Below are positions 1 to 9,692 of a DNA stretch of 64,000 bases, in pieces; the stretch's first letter is position 1; each line of letters opens with the position of its first letter. Source of the DNA: Flavobacteriaceae bacterium (GTDB lineage: Bacteria > Bacteroidota > Bacteroidia > Flavobacteriales > Flavobacteriaceae); assembly GCA_965178655.1 (NCBI GenBank), contig OZ238266.1:1578295-1642294 (forward strand). The letters run 5' to 3'. Made by a program: the position numbers and the translations under genes. The notes below the pieces were generated by a model that did not search any database, was not told the origin of the DNA, and was given only the letters and a program-made list of their open reading frames with translations.

Positions 1-2078
1 CCTCCATCGGTTTGTGGATTCCCGGCACCTTCGCCTACTTGAGAAACCGCACTTTCTACTAAAAAGTTATGGTCACCATCTTTATAGGCGGCTTGGTTTA
101 AAACGGCATATACTTTTGTTTCAATATCTTTTGTAATAGCATTTGTTTTCTCGATAGCTGTTCCTTCAGGATATTCTATATATACAATAATCTGGTTTGG
201 GGTATTGTCAGGAAAAAATTCTATCTGTGTGCGATTGTTTTTAATAGAAACACCAAAACCACCAAAGACTACAAATAGTAAAAGTATAGTTCCGAGGGTA
301 AGTGTGTATGGACGCCATCCTTTTAAAAAAGCGCGTAATGATTTTTCGTAAAAGCGTTCCCATTTAACCAGTATTTTGGTTTGAAAATACGTGGCTGCCT
401 TACGAAGTATAAACCTATATACCCATAGCATAATAGCCGTAACAATTAATATAGAGCCTAGGGCGCGGTATGGCCCTCCAATAATGAGTATTAATATTCC
501 GAAGAGTGCAATAATCCCCGATGTTTTAATTATTTTAGATAACGGCATTTCATTGTCTTCAACAGTCATTAATTCTGACACTAGTACAGAATTAAAAAAG
601 ATGGCAACAAATAATGACGAGCCTAAAACTACGGAAAGTGTTATAGGAAAATAGATCATAAACTGACCCATCATTCCTGGCCACATTCCTAGCGGAATAA
701 AGGCAGCAACAGTTGTTGCGGTAGATATGATTATAGGAAAAGCAATTTCGCTAATTCCTTTTTTTGCAGCCTGTGTTCTAGAAAGCCCTTCTTCGTCCAT
801 TAGTCGATATACATTTTCAACAACAACAATTCCGTTATCAACAAGCATACCGAGTCCCATAATTAGTCCAAAAAGAATCATGGTATTAAGCGTGTATCCT
901 AGAGCGTTTAATATCATGAGAGACATAAACATAGACATTGGTATGGCAAAACCAACAAATAAGGCATTTTTAAAGCCTAAAAAGAACATAAGTACTCCAA
1001 CAACAAGGATGATTCCGAAAATGATGTTATTTACTAAGTCATCTACCTGACCAATAGTTTTAGCAGATAGGTCGTTGGTAATGCTAATAGATAAATCACT
1101 CGGGAATATATTTTTCTCAGTTTGTTTTACTAATGTTTTTATTTTTTCTGCCGCGGCAACCATGTTTTTTCCTGAACGTTTTTTTACATCAAGCATTACA
1201 ACAGGTGTTCCAAAAGCTCTGGCAAAAGTGCTTCGTTTTTTTTCTTTGAAAGCAACACTAGCAACATCTTTTAAGTAGATAGGGTTGTTGCGTTCGTTTT
1301 TTACAATAAAATGCTCTAGTTCATTAGGAGAATTTACTTCGCCTAAAACCCGAAGGGTGCGTCGTTGTCCATTAACAACTAAATTACCAGCAGATATGGT
1401 TGTGTTTCCGTTTTTTATGGCGCCAATAATATCATCAAAACTTACTTTTGAAGCCATCATTTTATAAATATCTACAGCAATTTCTATTTCTTTTTCTTGC
1501 GCTCCGCGAATATCTACTTGTTTTATTTCGCTTAAGCCTTCAATTTCATCTTCAAGGTATTCGGCAAATTCTTTTAATTTTTCAACGGTATAGTCTCCCG
1601 AAAGATTAATGTTTAGAATTGGCATTTCTTCTGAAAGATTTAAGTCAAATACATTCGGAGACACTTTTGCGCCATTAAAAGAGGGCCAATCTTCACTAGA
1701 AGTTTCAGTATCTATTTTGTCTTTTACTTTTTGCTTTGCAGTATCAACAGTAATATTTTCATCAAACTCAACAATTACAATAGAATAATCTTCTTGAGAT
1801 GTAGAAGTGATTTTAGAAACGTTTGTTATTGTTTTTAGCTTTTTTTCAAGAGGGTTAGTAATTAGTTTTTCTATGTCTTCTGCAGTGTTTCCGGGGTAAA
1901 CAGAACTAATGTATATTTTGGTTTCTCGTATTTCAGGAAAATCTTCTCTAGGCATTGAATTGTATGCCGAAATCCCTAGAAACAGTATCATACTAATTAA
2001 GACATAGATGGTAGTTTTATTATTAATTGCCCAAGAGGATAGTCCAAATTCTTTTTCGGTGTTTTTTTGTGTTTTCAT
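1..2078 (-). CDS. RND (AcrB/CzcA-family) efflux permease, N-terminal ~690 codons; 3' end lies beyond the window edge
   Basis: Absent from the ORF track because it runs off the window. Hand translation of the minus strand from ATG 2078..2076 gives MKTQKNTEKEFGLSSWAINNKTTIYVLISMILFLGISAYNSMPREDFPEIRETKIYISSVYPGNTAEDIEKLITNPLEK. The same frame is still open at nt 3..59 (..VESAVSQVGEGAGNPQTDG). The plus-strand ORFs 391..1467 are antisense shadows. It is the last gene of a TetR-TolC-MFP-RND operon. Confidence 0.85.
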   Translation of the reverse strand, partial: MKTQKNTEKEFGLSSWAINNKTTIYVLISMILFLGISAYNSMPREDFPEIRETKIYISSVYPGNTAEDIEKLITNPLEKKLKTITNVSKITSTSQEDYSIVIVEFDENITVDTAKQKVKDKIDTETSSEDWPSFNGAKVSPNVFDLNLSEEMPILNINLSGDYTVEKLKEFAEYLEDEIEGLSEIKQVDIRGAQEKEIEIAVDIYKMMASKVSFDDIIGAIKNGNTTISAGNLVVNGQRRTLRVLGEVNSPNELEHFIVKNERNNPIYLKDVASVAFKEKKRSTFARAFGTPVVMLDVKKRSGKNMVAAAEKIKTLVKQTEKNIFPSDLSISITNDLSAKTIGQVDDLVNNIIFGIILVVGVLMFFLGFKNALFVGFAIPMSMFMSLMILNALGYTLNTMILFGLIMGLGMLVDNGIVVVENVYRLMDEEGLSRTQAAKKGISEIAFPIIISTATTVAAFIPLGMWPGMMGQFMIYFPITLSVVLGSSLFVAIFFNSVLVSELMTVEDNEMPLSKIIKTSGIIALFGILILIIGGPYRALGSILIVTAIMLWVYRFILRKAATYFQTKILVKWERFYEKSLRAFLKGWRPYTLTLGTILLLFVVFGGFGVSIKNNRTQIEFFPDNTPNQIIVYIEYPEGTAIEKTNAITKDIETKVYAVLNQAAYKDGDHNFLVESAVSQVGEGAGNPQTDG

Positions 2079-2085
2079 AAGAATT

Positions 2086-3255
2086 TTATTTGTGTGCAAT
2101 AATAGTTACTTCTTGTCCGTCCTTAATATTTCTTGCGCCTTCAACAATTATTTGCGCTCCAGGAGTAAGTCCTTTAAGGATTTCTACTAATCCGTCTTGT
2201 GTTTTTCCAGTGGTTACAAAAACTTTTTCGACATGATTATTTTTTGTGTCTGTTTTGGTTTTAATCTGATACAGATACTGTGTTCCTTGTGCGTTTTCAG
2301 AAAGTACGCTTTGAGGAATTAGCAACGCTGTTGCATTACTATAGTCGTTAACTTTTAGTTTAGCGGTAAGGTTGGGTTTAATTTCTTTTGCAGTATTTTT
2401 AATTGGAATTTCAATCTCAAAAGTTCTGTTTGCGGGGTTTATAAAAGCACTTACTTTGTCTATTTTTGCGTTTTGTGTTTTCCCTAAAACCGGAATACTA
2501 ACTAGCACTTCTTTTCCTTTTTTTAGATGAGCAATATGTTTTTCAGGAACAGTTGTTTTTACATACATATTGTTAAGGTTAAGTATGCGAATAATTTGCG
2601 ATTGCCCGGCAGCTACAACGCTACCTTTTTTGGCTATAACGGCGTCAATTGTTCCTGAAAAAGGCGCAACGATAGTTGTTTTTTGAAGTTGTTTTTTTAA
2701 TTGATTAACAGCTTTTTGTTGTGCGTTATAAGCCGATTTTACTTGTAGAAATTGCATTTCAGAACCAATTTTTTGTTCCCATAAACGCGTTTGCTTTTCA
2801 AAGGTGATTTTGGCCAAATCTGCTTGTATTTGTAAGGCGCTAAGTTGTTGTGCTAATCCGCCATCATCAATTTTGGCTAATAATTGTCCTTTTTTTACAT
2901 ATTGCCCTTCTGTAACATAAATGTCGTATATAATTCCGGAGTATTCAGGATAAAGCATTAATAATTGTTTTGTGGTTACATTTCCTTGCAATTCTATATA
3001 GTGCTTAAATGATTGTTCTTTTATGGCCAATGTTGTTACCAAAGGTAATTTTTTAGAACGGTCAAATTTGTCTATTGCAGCATTTAGCTGTGCTAATTGC
3101 GTGGTTGTTTTTTGTTGAGCAGCTAATATTTCGGCTTTTTTAGTTTGCATAGCCGAAAGGTCATTTTTGGCGATTATAGCTGAGATATCGGTTTCTTTTT
3201 CGGTACATGCTGTTAGCAAGATAGAAAGGGTAAAAAGGATGTATATATTTTTCAT
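2086..3255 (-). CDS. RND efflux membrane-fusion (periplasmic adaptor) lipoprotein
   Basis: 389 aa. Lipobox LSILLTAC, a Q/A-rich coiled-coil hairpin, then a beta-barrel region typical of the HlyD/MFP family. Gaps of 7 nt to the RND gene and 6 nt after the TolC gene. Confidence 0.9.
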   Translation of the reverse strand: MKNIYILFTLSILLTACTEKETDISAIIAKNDLSAMQTKKAEILAAQQKTTTQLAQLNAAIDKFDRSKKLPLVTTLAIKEQSFKHYIELQGNVTTKQLLMLYPEYSGIIYDIYVTEGQYVKKGQLLAKIDDGGLAQQLSALQIQADLAKITFEKQTRLWEQKIGSEMQFLQVKSAYNAQQKAVNQLKKQLQKTTIVAPFSGTIDAVIAKKGSVVAAGQSQIIRILNLNNMYVKTTVPEKHIAHLKKGKEVLVSIPVLGKTQNAKIDKVSAFINPANRTFEIEIPIKNTAKEIKPNLTAKLKVNDYSNATALLIPQSVLSENAQGTQYLYQIKTKTDTKNNHVEKVFVTTGKTQDGLVEILKGLTPGAQIIVEGARNIKDGQEVTIIAHK

Positions 3256-3261
3256 AGCAGA

Positions 3262-4590
3262 TTATTTAGTAGTGTTTGATAAGGTTTCTAATTGTGTTTT
3301 TTTAACAAGAATGTCAAGCATTGCTTTAAGGTATTCTTGTTGAGCAGCATAAAGTTGCATTTGTGCCTGGCGTAATTCAAAACTTGTTGCAAGGCCTTCG
3401 GTGTATTTAATGCTATTTTTTTGTTCAATACGTGTAGCAAGGGATAGGTTTTCTTTTGAAAGATGGAATTGTTCAATAGAAAAAGTATAATCACTATGTG
3501 CTGCGCTTAATTGAAAATGTAATTGCTCTTCTGTTTCGGTAAGGTTATTTTTAGATTTTTGAAATTCCATTTTAGCACGTTGTACGTTGGCCGCTTGTCT
3601 AAAAGAACTAAAAACAGGGATAGATAATTGTATGCCTGCTAATGATGCACCATACCACTTTTGAGCACTTGAGCTAAACTCAAAGTGTTGGTTATATGCG
3701 CTATATTCACCATTAATAAAAGCCGATAATGTTGGTAGTGCTTTGGCTTTTTCAAGTTTGAATAATAATTTCTTTAGCTGTGTGTCATTTGTAGCAATTT
3801 GGTAATCAATAGTTTTTGTAACGGTTACAGGGTTGTTATTGTGCAGTAAAGACTGTGTTGCTAAATCCTCTAAAGTGTTTTTTAAAACAAGAGTAGTCTT
3901 AATTGACTCCCCTAAAACAAGATTTAAAAATTTAGAGGCTATTTTTTGTAATCGCTGTGCGTTTTTATAGCCACTTTCAAGCTGTTTAAGTGTAATTTGT
4001 AATTGCTCTACTTGTTCTTCTTCAGCAAAACCATTATTAAAAACCGTTTGAGTTTCAGATAGGTTTTTTTGTAAGGCTTTAATGTTACTCTTATAAATAC
4101 GAATACTTTCTTGAGAGAGTAGTACATTTCCGTAGGCATTAATGGTTGCTTTTCGGATTTCTAAATCCGTTTTTACTTTGGCATTTTTTGAAACTTCTAA
4201 ATATACTTTTGCAGATTGTAAACCAACAATATATGAGCCATCAAAAAGCAGTTGTGTGGCAGTTGCAGAGGCACTCATGCTTTGTTTTTTTCCAAAGGCA
4301 AAAATTTCATCTACCCCATCATGATTCATGTCAGAAACATTAACTTTTTGTTTTAGCCAGTTTTGATAACTTAGTGTTGTAGATATTTGAGGGAGTCCCA
4401 TAGCGGTAGCCTCCCATTTTATTTTTTTGGCAATATTAATGTCGAGTGCAGCATTTTTTACAGTTCTATTGTTTTTTAGAGCGTAATTAATAGCCTCTTC
4501 TAGAGATAGCTCTAGTGTTTTTTCTTGAGAAAATAGTGTTGCTGAAAACAGTATTGCAATACAGCAGCTGAGGTAGGTTATTTTATTCAT
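3262..4590 (-). CDS. TolC-family outer membrane efflux protein
   Basis: 442 aa with a signal peptide and a long internally repeated helical region typical of outer membrane factors. Operon position; overlaps the TetR stop by 8 nt. Confidence 0.85.
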   Translation of the reverse strand: MNKITYLSCCIAILFSATLFSQEKTLELSLEEAINYALKNNRTVKNAALDINIAKKIKWEATAMGLPQISTTLSYQNWLKQKVNVSDMNHDGVDEIFAFGKKQSMSASATATQLLFDGSYIVGLQSAKVYLEVSKNAKVKTDLEIRKATINAYGNVLLSQESIRIYKSNIKALQKNLSETQTVFNNGFAEEEQVEQLQITLKQLESGYKNAQRLQKIASKFLNLVLGESIKTTLVLKNTLEDLATQSLLHNNNPVTVTKTIDYQIATNDTQLKKLLFKLEKAKALPTLSAFINGEYSAYNQHFEFSSSAQKWYGASLAGIQLSIPVFSSFRQAANVQRAKMEFQKSKNNLTETEEQLHFQLSAAHSDYTFSIEQFHLSKENLSLATRIEQKNSIKYTEGLATSFELRQAQMQLYAAQQEYLKAMLDILVKKTQLETLSNTTK

Positions 4591-5191
4591 AAGTATGTTT
4601 AGTGATAAGGGTGTTAATTATAGTAGCGCCTTTTTTGGTGCAAATACCACGCAAATGGTATTCAATATAGTATTCCATAAGTGTTTTAACAGTGTAATTT
4701 TCTTTAGGAAACAAGTCAGGGTTTTTAATAGCCATCATACCATTAAAGTATAGGCGTGCAATGAAATCTACATTAATGGTATCTCTATAAATTCCAAGGG
4801 CTATACCGCGATTTAAGTTCTTGGTAATGCAAGATTGTACTGTTTCAAATTGTTTGGCTTTTAAGTTTTTAGCTATTTCCGGATAATATTTTTGTAGCTG
4901 ATATTGCGGAGATGATTTTTCGTCTTTTAAATACGTCATAACCGTTTGCTTAATGCTATAAATCTCTTCAATAGGGTTGCTTTCTAAGGCACAAATATGA
5001 TCTATACTTGTAGAAATTTGCTCAAAAACATATAGCGATACGGCTTTTACTAAAGTTGTTTTAGTGGCATAATGTTGGTAAATGGTTTTTTTAGAAATCC
5101 CCATTTCTTGCGCAATATCATCCATGGTAACACTTTTAAAGCCAAGTGTAATGAATAAATCGGTTGCTTTTTTAAGAATAAGTTGTTGCAT
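4583..5191 (-). CDS. TetR/AcrR-family transcriptional repressor of the efflux operon
   Basis: N-terminal HTH KKATDLFITLGFKSVTMDDIAQEMGISKKTIYQHY. I prefer ATG 5191 (MQQLILKK) to the track's TTG at 5209. Confidence 0.85.
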   Translation of the reverse strand: MQQLILKKATDLFITLGFKSVTMDDIAQEMGISKKTIYQHYATKTTLVKAVSLYVFEQISTSIDHICALESNPIEEIYSIKQTVMTYLKDEKSSPQYQLQKYYPEIAKNLKAKQFETVQSCITKNLNRGIALGIYRDTINVDFIARLYFNGMMAIKNPDLFPKENYTVKTLMEYYIEYHLRGICTKKGATIINTLITKHTYE

Positions 5192-5210
5192 AATCGTTGC
5201 AAGGTACAAC

Positions 5211-5240
5211 AGGAAACTTTAAAAACAATAAAAGTTTCCT
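5211..5240. promoter_or_regulatory. Candidate TetR operator: perfect 10-bp inverted repeat AGGAAACTTT-N10-AAAGTTTCCT
   Basis: Read directly. Lies 20 nt upstream of the TetR ATG, in the divergent spacer to the polyprenyl synthase gene. A second 7-bp inverted repeat, TAGTTTTgctaAAAACTA, lies at about 5283..5300. Confidence 0.4.
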
Positions 5241-5309
5241 AAGAATATATTTAAGAAAGAGATGAATAACCTATAGAATGGTTTAGTTTTGCTAAAAACT
5301 AGTTTAAGA

Positions 5310-6287
5310 ATGTCAGATATTACTACTTACCGTTCAATATTTACTGCTTATTTACAAGATAAAGTTCAGACAAAATCACCTAAAAATCTGTATGAACCAA
5401 TGACGTATATTATGAAGTTAGGAGGGAAGCGTTTGCGCCCGGTATTAACTTTAATTACGGCAGATATATTTGATACAGATTATAAAAAAGCGTTAGATGC
5501 GGCATTGGCAATTGAGATTTTTCATAATTTTTCATTGGTTCATGATGATATTATGGATGATGCGCCGTTGCGTAGAGGCGCTTATACTGTTCATGAAAAA
5601 TGGAACTTAAACACCGGTATTTTATCGGGGGATGCTATGCTTATTACGGCATATCAATTATTTGAAAACTATGATGACGCTACATTTAGGGCATTGGCAA
5701 AAATATTTAGTAAAACGGCATTAGAGGTTTGTGAAGGGCAGCAATATGATGTTGACTTTGAAGAACGTAATGATGTTACTGAGGCAGAGTACTTAAAAAT
5801 GATTGAGTATAAAACAGCTGTTTTGGTAGGCGCGTCAATGAAAATGGGTGCAATTGTAGCAGGGGCCTCTAAAGATGATGCTCAAAAAATATACGATTTT
5901 GGACGTTTATTAGGGGTTGCGTTTCAGTTACAAGACGACTATTTAGACGCTTTTGGAGATCCAGAAACTTTCGGGAAACAAGTTGGGGGTGATATTATTG
6001 AAAACAAAAAAACATTCTTATATCTAAAGGCTTTAAAAGGCGCTTCTAGCGAGGATAAAGCAAAACTGATAGCGTTATTTTCAGAGAAAACAACCGTTGA
6101 TGTAGCTGAAAAAATTAAGTTTTCTAAAGCAATATTTAAGTCTAGTGGCGCTGCAAATCTAACTAAAGAAGCTATTAAGGCATATACATTGTCTGCTTTT
6201 AAGGTGCTAGACAATTTAACTATTTCTGAAGATAAAAAAGACTTGCTTAGGTCATTTGGCGAAAGCTTAATGTATAGAACAGTGTAA
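5310..6287 (+). CDS. Polyprenyl (geranylgeranyl/farnesyl) diphosphate synthase
   Basis: Two Asp-rich motifs, FSLVHDDIMDD and FQLQDDYLD. ATG at 5310; the track start at 5289 is TTG. Confidence 0.9.
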   Translation: MSDITTYRSIFTAYLQDKVQTKSPKNLYEPMTYIMKLGGKRLRPVLTLITADIFDTDYKKALDAALAIEIFHNFSLVHDDIMDDAPLRRGAYTVHEKWNLNTGILSGDAMLITAYQLFENYDDATFRALAKIFSKTALEVCEGQQYDVDFEERNDVTEAEYLKMIEYKTAVLVGASMKMGAIVAGASKDDAQKIYDFGRLLGVAFQLQDDYLDAFGDPETFGKQVGGDIIENKKTFLYLKALKGASSEDKAKLIALFSEKTTVDVAEKIKFSKAIFKSSGAANLTKEAIKAYTLSAFKVLDNLTISEDKKDLLRSFGESLMYRTV

Positions 6288-6643
6288 TGAGTATTCCGGT
6301 TAAAATGAGTGACCAACTACTAGAAGACGCGCAGGGTAAAGCGCTGTATAAAAAATTAATACAACAGTTAAACAAGGACTTTTTGCTTACAAGCATACCG
6401 GTGTCTTTTTCTGAAACAGTTTTGCCTTCTCAATTAAAAACAATGTTATTTGCTACAATTAAGGATCTGATTGATGAACAATTTGAAGTGTTTTTAAATC
6501 TGTTGTATCGCATTGACTTGCCAGAGGCTAAAATCAGAAATTTACCCAAAGAAAATCACCAAGAATATATTGCTATGGTTTCATATTTAATTCTAGAACG
6601 TGAATGGCAAAAAGTGGTTTTTAAAAGTAAGTTTTCTTTGTGA
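6287..6643 (+). CDS. Hypothetical protein (118 aa)
   Basis: The ORF start overlaps the upstream stop (TAATG-type coupling). No motif recognised. Confidence 0.55.
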   Translation: MSIPVKMSDQLLEDAQGKALYKKLIQQLNKDFLLTSIPVSFSETVLPSQLKTMLFATIKDLIDEQFEVFLNLLYRIDLPEAKIRNLPKENHQEYIAMVSYLILEREWQKVVFKSKFSL

Positions 6644-6685
6644 AAATACAGCCTAATTTGTTTATCATCCATTTTGAAATTGGTA

Positions 6686-8686
6686 TTACTGAAGCATATA
6701 GGTTAGGTTGATGTAGAAGTTTCGCCCTTTTCGTTTTAAATTATTCCAATCAGCATATGTTGTATAGTTTGTGTCAAGCACATTTTCAACACCATACCTT
6801 AAAATAGTTTTGTTGTTTTTTACACGAAAAGTATTCCCTAAATGTAAATTTATAATAGCATAGCTAGGTATTTCTTTTTCGCCAAAATTAATGCTGTAGG
6901 ATCCTTTTTTTTGATTCCCTGTAATTTGTACTGAAGCATGTATTTTAGGAGTGTGATATGTAATATCAGCGCTATAAAAGAAAGGACTAATTAAGGGTAG
7001 ATTTCCATAAGTATCTCCTGTTCCATGGGCATAACCAAAAGTTGCTTTTGCGTGTATTGCTTTTAAAAAACTATACTGGGTTTGTATACTCACATTGTAC
7101 ATGTTAGCATAGGGTAGTGCAATATATGTTTTTACGCCATTTGCCCCAATAGTCATAGCACTTAAGTCAGGGTTTATTTTTCCAATGGCATAGTTGTATA
7201 TTTTAAAATAAGAGGCTTCAAAACTAAGATTAAATTGTTCTTTTTTGTAGCTGCTACTAAGGTTAAATTCAAGTGACTGTTCTTTTTTTAGTTTTGGGTT
7301 TCCTATGTAATCATAGCCGTCAAAACTATTAAATAAATAAAAACCATAAGCTTCACTAACAGAGCTGGCTCTTTGTCCATATCCTATGCCAAAAGAATGT
7401 TTTAAATTATTGTTTTTATAGGTGTAATTGGAAGAAAAACTCCCAAGAAGGGTGTTTTTTTCAGGCGATAAGTTCGGGTAAAAAATTTGCAAACTCTCCA
7501 GGCCGACAGTGTTTTTTATCGCATTTTTCTGACTTCCTAAACGTGCTGAAAATTGAATTTTTTGTTTTTTATTTAAGGCAATAACATCTTTTAAATATAG
7601 TCCTACATAAGTTGTTCTTATATCTGGCCAAGTATACATAAACATGTCGTTTTCATCAGGATTATTAGGGTACATTGTCATTTCGGCTAAAGAACGATTG
7701 TAGTGTGCTGTAATATTGGCTGTTAGTTGGTGTTTTTTTAAGGTTTTATGTAATTTTGAATAAAGCCCATAGGTGTCACTATATCCAGGCATATCCATGC
7801 GTATAGGAACATCAGGCCGTTTGGAGTCGTCCATAATATGCGTTATAGTATTGGCGTATACTTTTGTTTCCCAGTGTTGAATAAACGCATTCTTGTCTGT
7901 AGCATTATAATGATGCGCTAACGAAGCTATTGTTGCCGTTGCTAATGATACATCCATAGGCAAGGAAGGGTATCCAATGTTGGTAGCGCGGTCATGAATT
8001 ATGGTGGTGTTTATGGCGTGTTTTTTTGATAATTGATGTCCAGATTGTAATGAAAAATTGTATTTTCTAAATTGGGAGTATAAAACCTCTTTATTATTAC
8101 CAGCATTGTAGTTATCGGTGTCTCGGAAAATACCATCAATAGTAATGTAATGCTTTTTACCCGAATAAGTTACATCAAGACCAGTAGTGGTATAATTTCC
8201 GTTGGTTTCATACCCGAGGTCAATGACACTTTTTAATCCAGTATTTGTATAATGTGCTGTAGGGAGTTTTAGGTCAATTGCACCACCAATACTATTTCCG
8301 TTTTCAGTACCTTCTTGCCCAGAATGAATACTGACTTCTTTTAGATTTGAAACTGCAACATATGAGGTGGTTGGGTCCATTTTGTCTGTACATGCTCCGT
8401 AAATTTGCATTCCATCAATGGTTAAAGAAATACGTTCTGTGCTCATGTTGTTTATTGTTGGTTCCCAAGCATAACTTCCGCGTTTAATCATAGTAACACG
8501 GCTAGATTTTTCCAAATAGTCATCAATAGTTATTAATGATTTGTGTTGGTTTTTTTGACTTGCTTTTTTATTTCCAATAACAATAATCTCACCGAGTTTA
8601 GTGCTTGTGCTATCTTCTTTTGCTTGCTGAGCAAACAATACTGTAGTGTATAGGATAGCAAAAAGAATGGTGTGTACTTTTTTCAT
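6686..8686 (-). CDS. TonB-dependent outer membrane receptor (possible NosA/OprC-like copper receptor)
   Basis: Signal peptide, a plug-like N-terminus (GEIIVIGNKK.., RVTMIKRGS..) and the C-terminal beta-barrel ending ..GRNFYINLTYMLQ typical of TBDTs. ATG at 8686 (MKKVHTILF) is preferred to TTG at 8698. Confidence 0.85.
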   Translation of the reverse strand: MKKVHTILFAILYTTVLFAQQAKEDSTSTKLGEIIVIGNKKASQKNQHKSLITIDDYLEKSSRVTMIKRGSYAWEPTINNMSTERISLTIDGMQIYGACTDKMDPTTSYVAVSNLKEVSIHSGQEGTENGNSIGGAIDLKLPTAHYTNTGLKSVIDLGYETNGNYTTTGLDVTYSGKKHYITIDGIFRDTDNYNAGNNKEVLYSQFRKYNFSLQSGHQLSKKHAINTTIIHDRATNIGYPSLPMDVSLATATIASLAHHYNATDKNAFIQHWETKVYANTITHIMDDSKRPDVPIRMDMPGYSDTYGLYSKLHKTLKKHQLTANITAHYNRSLAEMTMYPNNPDENDMFMYTWPDIRTTYVGLYLKDVIALNKKQKIQFSARLGSQKNAIKNTVGLESLQIFYPNLSPEKNTLLGSFSSNYTYKNNNLKHSFGIGYGQRASSVSEAYGFYLFNSFDGYDYIGNPKLKKEQSLEFNLSSSYKKEQFNLSFEASYFKIYNYAIGKINPDLSAMTIGANGVKTYIALPYANMYNVSIQTQYSFLKAIHAKATFGYAHGTGDTYGNLPLISPFFYSADITYHTPKIHASVQITGNQKKGSYSINFGEKEIPSYAIINLHLGNTFRVKNNKTILRYGVENVLDTNYTTYADWNNLKRKGRNFYINLTYMLQ

Positions 8687-8701
8687 AATGAAAGGCAATT
8701 A

Positions 8702-8742
8702 TTTTTCAGCGCCTTTACGTTCTTGTAAAGGCGCTGAAAAAA
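8702..8742 (-). terminator. Strong GC-containing hairpin flanked by A/T runs (bidirectional terminator-like)
   Basis: TTTTTCAGCGCCTTTAC-gttcttg-GTAAAGGCGCTGAAAAA, about 17-bp arms. Lies between the lipoprotein stop (8744) and the TBDT start (8686). Confidence 0.6.
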
Positions 8743-8743
8743 G

Positions 8744-9586
8744 TTAAAATTCTAAGTTGAGGTTTAAGCTACTTTCAATGTTTTCGGCTGTAACATCTTC
8801 TCCTTTAAGAAGTGTATTGTTGGTATTAAACAGTTTCAAGTTGAGCACCCAGTATCCGGTCATGGTTAATGATAGATCACCATGGTAAAGTGTGTCGTTA
8901 ATAGAATAACTTAGATCTGTGTTGTTTGGTGAGCTATGATTTCCCATAGATGGCATACGTGGGTCTAGTGAAATACTATAATCACTTACCGGAGGAAAAG
9001 ACATCATGTTTTCCATTTTGTAAAGTCCTGCTGTTAATGAATTTACCCCTATTGTTGGGTTCTCAGGTGTAATTAGGGCAATAATATACTTAACATCATC
9101 ACTTCCCATAAATGTGGTTACATTTTTAGAAGCGTTTTGGTGAACAATAATTGTATCTTCAGCAGTATATGTAATATCGTTAATAGTATAGGTAAACGTA
9201 ATAGACCAGCCAGAGCCATCAGTTTCTGTCATTTGAAAAACCAATGTTCCGTGGTATAGGCTATTGGTGCCTTCTTTTCTGACAATTGTTGATTTTGGAC
9301 AAGAATGCGACATTGTTGTCATTTGCATAACAGGTATCCAATTGATGTTTGCGTCGTTAATGTAGCTTTCATCGCTATTGTTTTTTACTCGTATGGTAAT
9401 ATTGTTATGACCGGTATAAAAATTACCTGAAGAAGTGTAGAGTTCTAAGGTGTGTTCATCGGTAATAAACTCTTGTGCTTTTTGTAAGTTTTCCGTTTCA
9501 TTAATACTGAATACAGCATCATCATCAGTATCACATGAGATGAATAAGCTAGATATTAGGACTGGTATTATATATAAAAATTTCAT
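8744..9586 (-). CDS. Lipoprotein with two Met/His-rich motif modules (putative metal/copper binding)
   Basis: Lipobox SLFISCD. Two repeated modules: PVMQMTTMSHSCP...LYHGTLVFQMTETDGSGW and DPRMPSMGNHSSP...LYHGDLSLTMTGYW. Confidence 0.7.
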   Translation of the reverse strand: MKFLYIIPVLISSLFISCDTDDDAVFSINETENLQKAQEFITDEHTLELYTSSGNFYTGHNNITIRVKNNSDESYINDANINWIPVMQMTTMSHSCPKSTIVRKEGTNSLYHGTLVFQMTETDGSGWSITFTYTINDITYTAEDTIIVHQNASKNVTTFMGSDDVKYIIALITPENPTIGVNSLTAGLYKMENMMSFPPVSDYSISLDPRMPSMGNHSSPNNTDLSYSINDTLYHGDLSLTMTGYWVLNLKLFNTNNTLLKGEDVTAENIESSLNLNLEF

Positions 9587-9692
9587 TTGTTTTTATTTAA
9601 ATGTTAGAGGTAAGGAACGCTATTTTAAGCCATAGCAATCCTAGCTAAAAATGTTTTAGCGTGTTATTAGTTAATTTTTAATACTGGTAAAA

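Noticed and set aside
391-1467. Four plus-strand ORFs (87, 107, 67 and 60 aa) at the left end of the window
   Set aside because: They lie antisense to the long RND permease reading frame, which runs off the window. Their low-complexity, Ile/Ser/Phe-rich translations are typical of shadow ORFs.
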